Below, piece by piece: positions 1 to 11,600 of a stretch of 64,000 nt of DNA (its first letter is position 1; each line of letters opens with the position of its first letter). The notes under the pieces were generated by a model. That model ran no database searches, was not told the origin of the DNA, and saw only the letters and a list, made by a program, of their open reading frames with translations. Source of the stretch: Octopus bimaculoides (Eukaryota); contig NC_068982.1 in NCBI RefSeq assembly GCF_001194135.2, positions 162,812,661 through 162,876,660 on the forward strand, given 5' to 3'. The translations under genes were made by a program, and so were the position numbers.

Positions 1-352
1 GCTCTTGTGCGGGTGGCACATGAGATGCACCATTTTGAGCGTGGCCGTTGCCAGTACCGCCTGACTGGCTCCCGTAGGATTTTCGAGTGAGATCGTTGCC
101 AGTGCCCCTGGACTGGCTTGTGCGGGTGGCACATAAAAGACACCATTTCGAGCGTGGCCGTTTTCGTGCGGGTGACACGTAAAAGCACCCACTACACTCT
201 CTGAGTGGTTGGCGTTAGGAAGGGCATCCAGCTGTAGAATCTCTGCCAAATTAGATTGGAGCCTGGTGTTGCCATCCGGTTTCACCAGTCCTCAGTCAAA
301 TCGTCCAACCCATGCTAGCATGGAAAGCGGACGTTAAACGATGATGATGATA
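1..352 (+). mobile_element. Young RTE 3' UTR/tail copy
   Basis: Near-identical to 12838-13180, 27025-27305 and 38893-39190; ends aaacgatgatgatga. Confidence 0.88.
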
Positions 353-627
353 CTGTCTCAATATATGAACTACACTATTTTATTATCATGTTGAGTACAT
401 CATTATTTTACTACTCCATTACAGCACTATTATAGTGTCCAGTACACATTGTAAAGTATCTGCATTACACTACTGTATTGTACTGTTCAGTACATACCGT
501 TTCACTGTCCATAGTACATCAGTCTGTTATAATGTTCAGTACTTACTGTTTGGATATTTTTTTGTCTTTGTTCAAGTTAACATGACGAAACACTTGATAA
601 CTAATAAATTGTTTATATTTGTTGTAG

Positions 628-724
628 AGGTTTTATGGCTGATGGACATGACTGGAGTGACAGATCAGGTAGATATAAAAGAACCAAAGAAAATACACAG
701 CTTCCATCAGGTCAATGGATATGG
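628..724 (+). CDS. TECPR1: TECPR1 exon (DysF domain N-part)
   Basis: ttgtag|A GGT TTT ATG GCT GAT..TGG ATA TGG|gtgagt; different frame from the 435..728 ORF. Confidence 0.85.
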
Positions 725-3700
725 GTGAGTTGTAAAACTTATCTGTCTTCCTATTTTCCACAACACCCAGCAGAACATGCCATTGCCACTAACTAGTTTA
801 TAAGAGAGAGAGAGCCTCTACATGGCTGTTTGCCATGTTAGAAATATCAGCCAAACCTCACTCAAATCATCTTCTAGTTCTATCTTTTTAAAAAAAGGTA
901 GGACATATTGGATAATGTAGTCCTAGATACACAATGACTAAAAAAAAAGAAGTGGATGGTTACAGCTGAAATAGCCTTGATTTTGAGTCTACTAGATTGG
1001 TCTGTAGATTGGTTTCTAAGATTTATTTCTGATGTTCTGATGGCCAAGATAGTTGTTCGTCTGCTACTCATTAAAAAGTGAAAAAAATTGGAATACAATG
1101 ATTACTTAATGCACTTTATAAATACACTTTATATACTTTATGCACAGTTTTATAGATTTAAATACACTGCACTCATAAAATAAATATTTAGTCTTATTTT
1201 CTATTTTCCCCATAAACAAAAGAAAAATATCCTGTACATATGATACAACCTTTAGTTAAATTGCTTATATCTGCCACGTAAATAAGCATGAATATTTCAC
1301 AGAATTGCATTTACGTGCATGCGTTAAGTGATAGGTAATATAAAAAACTTGGTTAAATTTTTTAAAAATACACTTTTCATTATCCAATCATCACCTCTGC
1401 CACCACCTCCATCTCCATCACCATCATCATCATCATCACTCTCCCTCCTCTCTCACCCCCCACCTCTCTCTGCCTTTCTTTAACCTCTCCATCAGAACAT
1501 CACCCCTAAAATTATATTGTTAACTCTCCTCTACCTTCAATTAACTTTTTTAATAACATAATAAGTATTATTTTCCCCCTACCTCATGTCATGGATGCTT
1601 TTCTCTCCCTCTTTCTGTCTCTCTCTTCACCTTATCCTCTGTTTCTCTCTCCTTTTTCTTTCTCCTCTCTTTCCCTTCAACTAATCACATGAAAGCCTTA
1701 TAATTACACTCCTTCTGCCTCACATCATGGATGCTTCTCTCTCCCTCTTTTTCTCTCTCCCTTTTTTCTCTCTCCCTCTTTTTCTCTATCTCTCTTTTCT
1801 TTCTCCCTCTTTAAAACCAATTACGTGAGAGCATTACCGATGGGCTAAGTAACACAATGACAAGCAGAATTACAAATTATAAGATATTTGTGAACTGTCT
1901 GATTATTTTGACTGAAACAAAGTATGCATAGGAACAGACATGGCTGTGTAGTTAAGAAGTTTGTTTCAGAACTATGTGGTTTCAGGTTTCAAGTCAATAC
2001 TCTCTGGCACTTTGAGAAGTATTTTACTCTATCCTCAAATCAAGCCAAACCTTCTGAGTAAAACTGAGAAGGTAAAGGCAGTAGAAGACTATCAGTGAAG
2101 TAGTCTTAATTTATTACTTGGTTTACTATCGCCTCTTTTACATCTTTGAGTATAGAGCCTTCTCTGTTATAAGCATTTATTGCTAACTCTTTCAACTGAG
2201 AATAACTCTCGAGTTATTACTTTCTTTTTTTCCTTATGAAACCCAGAGGTCCTGGAAAAAAAATCATGTATGTTGTTCTTGTGCATCTCACTAAACTATT
2301 TTTTTTAAAAATGTAGCATGCTGCTGTGATAAGTGGTATTGAATTCAAGTCCACTAATTATCATCATCATTATCAACATCTTCATCATCTTACTATGGCA
2401 CATCAGTATACTCCAGCCTCTTGTCCACAGAGGTGTTGTCTCCTCTTCCTGCTTTTCCTACCAGTATGACAGTGGTCTCTACTCCTTGGAGCTTGCTAGT
2501 TTCATTCCACCTCACTAGTTTCTCTCATCACCCATATTCTGTCCCACCCTTCCAGTTCTTGCATTGACTACTATGCATGGTTTTCCTGCAACCATTGACT
2601 TGCAAGTGTTCAAGAGGAGCAATAACTACATTGATTTCACTGGTCTCAAAGGGTCTGCAAGGGTCAAAGGGCACAGCTCCTTCCTCCTGACCAAACCAAT
2701 ATGAAAATGTTTAAATCATTGTTGTCTTCATCAGTATCATCATCATCACTACCACTGTCATTGTCACCACTTCCACCACTATCACCATCATCATCATATC
2801 AGCTGCAACAGCAGGATGAAAACTTTGAACTTTACACTCTGTTTTTGGTTCTGACAATGTTTTCTTTTTTATTTATGATAGATGACTGACTGGATAATTG
2901 ATTATTCTGTGCCAGGTGGTGTGGATCCAGAAGGTTGGCAGTATTCTACAGATTTCAACAGGTCTCCCCACTACTTTACTTTCTGTTTTCTATATTAATG
3001 AAAGATAATAAATAGGTTTATTCTGCTTGTTTGATTATTCTGATTTCTTATGTTGACCATGTTCTTTTATAATAATCTCAGTCAGTTATTAATACCAGTC
3101 TGTTCTGATAATCTTCATGTGTTATGATAATCTCAATCTATTATGATTAATCTTAATTACTTATAATCCTAATATATTATGATAATGTTGATCTATTATG
3201 GTCATCTCAATTAATTATGATTATTCCCAATTAGTTATAATAACCCTATTGTTATGATAATATCAATCAATTAGGGGAATTCCAATTAGTTATAATAATA
3301 ATACCAATCTATTATAATAATTCCAATATGTTATAATCTCAGTATGACAGTATTTGATCCCTTATTCTATCATATTAAGGTGATTATTTAGTCCTTGTTT
3401 CTGTAAGTAGTGTGATATTTACAAACAGTAACTTCTCTCATGAGCTAGTGAAGGAATCCTCTACATAGTTGCTCAACTTGCTTGAAATAGCAATCAGATC
3501 TTCCTCAAATTACACCCTACTGCCTTGAAAAAAGAAGGACACATAAGATTAGATAGTTCTGAGAGTACTATGCCTAGGAAAGAAATGGTATGGTCATGGC
3601 TGGAATGCCTTTGACCATATATTTGTTAGATCATAGCTGAGCTGGAGTTAAACAATAATATCAACGATAAGTTAATCAATCATTGAAAAGTTTGTCTTGT

Positions 3701-6388
3701 AATCTATTTAGAACAAGTGAGCTACTCTAGAATGTAGTGGAACATTTGTTGATTTAATAATCCTATTGCTGGTTTACAGTTGTGATATCTGCTTACAGCT
3801 AAGTAGACAGGAGTGTTAGGTGATTTACCAACGAACATGTCAGTGCTGGTGATAATATATGAACCACAAGCTTTTTGGTTTCTCAGCCACTTCTCTTTTA
3901 AGCTCAGTCATCTGGCTGTTGATCTAAGCCTAAAAATAATGGATATTAAAACTTTGAATGTCTTGCTTCCCTGGGCATGAACAAATTGAAGCTCTGCTAT
4001 CCAACTACTGACTTGGTAGACACCCACAAAGTTAATCACCATCTTTCCAACAACAAATTTGGGCACCCTTTTGGATTCCATATGTCTAACACATGTAGAC
4101 ATCCTTACAAAATCATAAAACAACAGAACCCATGACTTTCAGAAATTTATTTTTTCATACTCAGAATTGTTGAAGCATGGGATAAACTATCCACATCAGT
4201 TGTTAGCTGTTATGATACTACATCCTTCAAAACTTCCATGCTTCCTGAAATTTGTTTGATGCCTCTTCCTCATTTTTTTTAAACAACTCATTCATTGTTC
4301 ACTGTCTGTGCATTATTCTATGTACTGTACATGCACTTTTGATTAAATTTTCTGATGAGTTGTAGTGCATTTGAGTACTGTATACAATAAGTTCATATTA
4401 TTATTATGTTAGTACAATATATTGACATACTAACACACTATAGGTATATTGGTATACTAAACTTTTGTAGGGATTTTCGTATTATCTTTTGGGATGATAT
4501 ATTCTTATACTACTATTCTATAGTTATATTTTTGTATACTTAACATTCTTTAGATATAATTGGATAATATAGTCTATACAGATATTTGTTATTGTTGTTT
4601 AGTGCTGGGCCAGCGTTAATTGGATAAACTTATGAACAAAAGCAATCCAGCCATGGTTATTTTATTTATTTTCTTTGTGCAGGGAACCCAGGACCAGGAT
4701 ACATGTCCTTTTTTAAGACAGTAAACTGAGAGAAAGATTTAACTGCTATTTCTTGCAGTTTGAGCAACCACATGATGGTTTTCTTGTTGGCTCAAGTTAT
4801 ATTGATATAGTAGATTGATATATTTACATTCTATAGGTATAATTGTATAATACAATGGTTTACTAACATTCTATAGGTACAGTGATAGGATATATTGATA
4901 GAGTAATTAATATTCTATAGTTATAATAGTATATAAACATTCTAATTGTACGATGGTACAATATATTTCTATATTAGAATTTTATAGTAATAATTGTTTT
5001 AAATTTAAACTGAAGGCCAGCAATTTTGAGAGGAGAATAGGGAAGTACGTACTACCAACCCCAGTACCTAACTGGTACTTTTATTTTACCAACACTGGAG
5101 GGATGAAAGGCAAAGTGTGCCTCAGCAGAATCTGAACTCATTCTGTAGTAATAATGGTATTAGATGGGCATAAGTAGAAGTGGTTAATAACTAGCTAGCT
5201 CTAAGGAGCAGAGGTCGTAATAGTAGTAGTAGTGGCAGCAGCAGCAGTAGAAGAAAAGATAAAGAAAGGAGGCAGGTATAATGATATAATATATTGGAAT
5301 ACTAGCATTCTAAAAGTGTATTACTATACAAATAATCTGTAGATATAATGATATAATATAGTTGGTATACTAACAGTCTCTAGGTATATTGGTCTACAAA
5401 CAGTCTATAGATATATTAGTAGAGCTATTTTATATTTACATTCTATAATTGTATCAGTGTGCTAATGATGTAAGGGCATAATGTTGGTATATTTACATTT
5501 TGTAGGTGTATTAGTACATTAAGAACCTGTTGATATATTGGCACAGCTTATTGATATATTAACATTCTAAAGGTATATTATACTAATAGTATATAGATGA
5601 TAGAAAATGTTGGTATATTACTAATGTATTGGTATAATGGTAGAATACATTTGTATAATTACAGTCTTTCATACAATGGTGTAGTATTGGTTTACTAAAT
5701 GTCAATAGATATAATGATAAAATAAGAACGTTACATTAACATTCTACAGCTATAATATGTTGATATATTAATATTCTGTAGGTATATTGCCATGATATAT
5801 TGTTGTACTAATATTATGTAGCTGTAAAGATATAATGGTATGCTAACATTTTATAAGTGTAATAGTTTAATATATTGCTATACTAATATTCTATATGTAT
5901 AATATTTTACTAACATTATTACTTTAAAATGGAAATTGTTCGTGTAAGTTTCACTCTATTTTCAAATTTCATTAACAAGCAGAAAAAATTTTAAAAAGCT
6001 GATTTTCTATGTTCCAATTTCCTTTTCTAGACCATTCCATCGTCGAAAAGGCTGGACTGACACAGTGAGAAGGAGGCGTTGGTATAGGTAAGTCTTTTAT
6101 TCTTTATAATATAAAATGGTTAAGATTTTAGATGTAAATTATATATGCCATTTGTAAGCATAGCCTAAGACAGCAAAAATACTTCCATGAGAGTCAAACC
6201 ATATATGATACAATGCTATCAGTAGTGACTGCACAACTGAATATACCAAATAAGTTCTGCTAAATTTAATGTCATCTTAGTACTTAAAAACGTTTTTCTG
6301 TATAAACCAATAGTATTCCTTCCCTTGTTTCACATTAGAATTACAGAAAACTTCGTAGCCACTCGTCTTAGGGCCTGTTTGTAAATAT

Positions 6389-6431
<43 letters not shown>

Positions 6432-8616
6432 ACAATATTGTCATCATTGTTTTAACATCAACTTTTTCCGTGCTGGCACAGGTTCCATGTGACTTCCTGA
6501 GTTTTCTATGGTTGGATACCTTTCTTGACACTAATCCTGACTTTGTTTTCAGTTATAGTACTTTATTCTACTGGTCCTTGCACATAGAAACTACTGAGCT
6601 GTCAGACGTACCATTTATGTGGTACATAAACAAATGCCACCATTGTCTAAGCAGGATCAATGCAAGGACACACACACATACATGACAGGCTTCTCTACAG
6701 TATCCATCTACCGAATTTTACTCACAAGGTATCAGTCAATTGAAGGCTGTGGTAGATGACAGTTACCCAAGGTATCATGTAATGGGATCAATCCTGAAAC
6801 CACACAGCTATGCTTGAGCTTATATATCATCATCATCTTTTTAATGTCCATTTTCCATGCTAGCCTGGGTTGGACAGTTTGACCAGAACTGGAAAGCAGA
6901 AGAGCTGCACCAAGTTCCAGTTTGATTATTTTGGTTTCTATGGCTGGTTGCCCTTCCTAATGCTAACCACTTACATTGTGTACTGGGTGCTTTTTGTGTG
7001 GAACTGGCATGGGTTCTCTTACATGGCACTAGCAAGGGTGCTCTCTGTATATGGCACCAGCACAGGTGCTGTTTATGTGGCGTGGCACAGGGCTGTTGTA
7101 GGCCAATCCTTTTCTGCTGGAGTAGCAGCATTAACACTTCTGCTGTGGAGAACAGGTCTTCTTGAGTATAGAAAGGTGCCAGATATCTTGGTCCTTTTTC
7201 ATCTCCTCCATAAGGTTCAGTGTCCTGAGATCATCCTTCAGTGCTTCGTCCCATGTCTTCCTGGGTCTCCTTCTTCCACAAGTTCCATCTCCTTTGAGTG
7301 ATTGGGACTTCTTTATGGAACTGTCTAAAAAGAATAGTCTAGTAATGGGGCATATAAGGCCTTGACGGAAAAAAGTAGGTTTTCCTGTATGCATGGGACT
7401 CGAACCCACACTTCTTTGTTTTCACAACAAGTATGCTACCCTTACTCTAGCGCACAATCTACTTCATTCCATCAGATTTAAGAACTGTAATTAGTTCGTA
7501 GTGTTGTTTTGTAAACAAACTTTCATGTACTTTCACTGCAATGGTTTTGTTAAGCAGTGTTGATTTTTACAATTCTGTAAACAATAATAATAGTATTTTA
7601 TAAGCTTAAAGCTTATAAAACGATCTTATATGACCCCTGATGAAGAACCACTGATGTAAACCATTATTTCATTATCCAAACCACTCCATTGTAACATAAG
7701 GTTCAATACACTGCCTCATCTCCCACACTACACCCTGTAATATAATGTTTAAATGTTTAGTATACACTGTCTCACTATTCTAACATTACTGTATTATACT
7801 GTTTAATGCCCCATTATTTTACTACCCACACTACACTATTATTATAATGTCCAGTACACATTGTACACTACTCACAATGTATTGTATTGTGCAGTACATG
7901 CTCTTTTATTATCCATAGAACATGATTGTATTATAATGTTCAGTGCATTAATAGCATCATGTTCCATCCCCACCCATAGACAAAGATTGATTAATTAACT
8001 TTTATCACTGACAAAAGAACTATTAAATCTTTTAGTTCTGTTTCTAACAGAAACACAATTTAATTGAGGGGAAACTTTGCACTTTTTGACTCTATGGTTC
8101 AGAAAATGTGACCAATGCAGTTGCATTGTCTTGAATGTTTGTATTAGGTTATAAGAGAATGATCCAGTTATGAACTATTTCTGATTCATTTTGGCCAACT
8201 ACCCTAAACCTACCCTCTACAAGTACCAATATTAATTATTACAATTGTAACTTTGTAGACTTTGAGTATATTAAAACTACTCTGGTATTAAATGAAAACC
8301 TCTTATTTGCTTTTATTCTTTTATATGTTTCAGCCCTGAGGCTATAACCATGCTGGGGCATGCTTTGGTTTTATATTTTATTTTATGTTTGAAACATGTT
8401 TTGGGTATTGATTTAAGATTTTGAAAATTTACTGAGTCCCAGCTTGGAATTTTGAAAATCTTGCAGCTCTGTACAATTACCATACCCTACCATATACACA
8501 CACATTACTACACTGTACTGTTACAATATTACATAACAACACACCACATCATGCACATAACCCCTCTATACCATTACTATACCAGATCATATCAGTCACC
8601 ATACTGGTTAGCATAT

Positions 8617-8656
<40 letters not shown>

Positions 8657-11600
8657 ACCACCACCACTGATAACAAAAAACTTTATCATAAACACATACA
8701 CACACTCTCTTACACACATGCATATGTACACACTCAACTTTTGTTTCAGGAAATGTAAAATCTCAACACGTGGTCCCTGGCTTGAGATTGGCCCCACAAA
8801 ATTACTGGATATATCTATTCAAGTAGCTGACCTCCATCTAACAGACAATCAGTCTCTTTACTCACAACCTGTTGCTGTATGGGCAGTTGGCTGGAACGGA
8901 GATGTACTTTGCCGTCGGGGGGTTACCCCAAGTACACCACAGGTAACACAATATTGTCTTTTTCAATCTGTCTTGTTTTTCTTTACACTTAAGTCCAGAG
9001 AAGAAGACTAATGCCAATGACATATGCAAGTTCTTTCTATGCTAGTAAAATCGTTATTCAGCAGACCTGTGGTCATAGGTGTTCCAGCCATGACTATCCC
9101 ATATTTTTTCTGATGTGATATATCTGGGACAACATTATAACCTTTTTGTTAAGGTGTTAGGTAGTTATAGTGAAATGTGCAACCAGGTCAGGGATAATGA
9201 ACCCTCCTTTGCCCACAATTGAAATTTGATCCAAATCTAAATCTGAAACTACATAATCAGATGAAATCTCTAAAATTCCATATGAAAAATGAAAAACAGG
9301 TTTAAGCCTTAAGGCTAAAACAGTAATTTAATACTTGTTGCTTATCTAAAGATCTGTTATATAAAAAATTTATTGTTTTTCTCAATATTGATGCTCTTCC
9401 ACTAGTTCTTATACATGTACATTTGACCTCTAGTATTAAAAAGATTCTTTGTCACTAATTCATAGACTCTTAACTAGTTCTTATTCAATTTGAACTTCTA
9501 CAAATTTTTCTTGTAAAAGACAAATATTGGCAGGGGATATGTTCCAGGAGAAGACTTTGTGGTTGATGGCAATTGAATGTTTAGGCAAAGTGTTTAATGC
9601 ATAGTTTGGAGCAGGGATTATGATGGAAGAGGTGAATGTATTGGGTGGACTTGGACTGTGGTAGTATACAAGTTAGTAGCTCAGAGAAGCAGAGACCATT
9701 ATAGTAGAAATTGAAGAGTTAAAAAGAAGAAATGACATCATCATCATCATTTAACATTGCTGTTCCATGCTGGAATGGGTTGGATGGTTTGACAGGATCC
9801 GATAAATTCAAGGACTGCATCACGCTCCAGTGTCTGCTTTGACAGGGTTTCTATGGTTGGATGTCCATCTTAATCTCAATTAACTTACAGCATGTACAAT
9901 GTGCTTTTTTCATACCACTGGCATTAGTGAGGTTGCTATGTAACTTGCAAGATTATGGAAACTGATGGGGCAGCTTTATGTTAGGAGAAGGAGTTAAAGT
10001 ATGAGAGAAGAGAGAGAGAAGAGCTATATGGCTACTCACATTTAGAAGAGAGGTTAAGAATGGGTAGTAGGAGCTACAAATAGTGGTGATGAGGTGTCCA
10101 GGTGCCCCTTGCTTCCCTCAAGGTATGGGGTGAGTTGAAGTGAGTGGAGACAGAGGAACTAGGAGTTTGGGGTGGTACAAGAGCTGGGAGGAAAGGAAAA
10201 GAAAGGGGCAGTGGTGACAGCTATAAAAATTGACCATATAAGTACTTCTTGTTTGGTTTATATATATATAAAATGTTATATAGTTACAGTTTTAATGTTT
10301 TAGCAGAGAAACTGCTTTCACTATTTCATAGCTCCTCTGAAACAAATTATTTTGAATCTACATTTACATATTCAAAATAATCTGTTTCAGATGAGCTATA
10401 AATTAATGAAAGTAAAATTTCTTTGCTAGAACATTAAATTCTAAACATACAAACTATTACACCCTGTTTGTTGTTCTTCCACCTTGTCTTTGTGCTTTTT
10501 TATTGTTTTATTTTTGCATTTTTGGACCATATGTATACACATACATTAATACGTGTGTCTATGTTTATACATATGCTTACAAACAGAGAGTATAAGAGAG
10601 ATTTTAGACACTAGAGTACGATTTTGAGCAGATGAAGGCTTCATCATGGTTTCACGTTCTCTGTAATGTTTACATATGTATTTAAGGATCCAAAATACTG
10701 TGTAACTGACAGTTCAATTAGCTTGTAGCACCAACACTAATGTCAGTTAGGCAATTGAGAAACATTTCAGTTTCTGTTCTCTGGAATCTCCATAGAAAGT
10801 TGGAAGTCTTCAATTGTACCTTATCCATCTACCCAAACAACAGATTATTAGATAGGCAGTATTATGAACACTCTATCTAAATTACATAGCATCTTTCATT
10901 TAGAGTGTGTGTTTTTCACTTTGTGTTAATTTGTATTTCAGGGTGCTTATTGGCAGCATATACCCACAGCAACTGACCAACCATTCCAAGCTATATCTGT
11001 GGGAGGAGAGTTCCGAGTGTGGGCTATTGCCAAAGATGGTTCAGCATGGTTTCGTTGTGGAGTTTCTCTCAATAATCCAGCCGGTAAACATTTCATTGCC
11101 TTCACCACTATTTGCTACATTTAATACTTCATCATCAGTATCATTATCAGATTAATGGTTTAGTCAGATTTGCAGTAGGCTGTCTATGCCAATATTTTCA
11201 TCCTGTGACATCTCACTGGAAGACACAACATTATCAGATCTAACCTAACTGTTTCTTTCCATATCTCTCTTCATATACCATAAACATGCCCATCATCCTC
11301 TATCAACTTCATATATCAGTTTCTCAAATACTCATTTCCCATATTTTACTGCTATACAATATCACACCTTTTACACTTAGTCTATATAGTTTACAATACA
11401 GAGTATAGAAGTAAAGTGTGTAGAGTTTGGTCATCTCAGAAAGAAGATTGGGTTTCAGCTGCACAGGATCTCCTTGATTGTGTCAAGGAAGATGAAAACT
11501 TTTGAAAATGGTCATAACAGGTGACAAACCATGGGTCTATGGCTATGACCCCAAAATCAAGGCAAAAATCAAATCTCACTTGAAAGGAATAATATTTCAA

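Noticed and set aside
1-190. Repeat-spacer-like array suggestive of CRISPR
   Set aside because: Eukaryotic context, no cas genes, and the units belong to a LINE 3' UTR ending in a (GAT)n tail.
1385-1830. CT-rich tract with internal duplication (catggatgct(t)tctctccctc x2)
   Set aside because: Low-complexity repeat remnant with no distinguishing structure.
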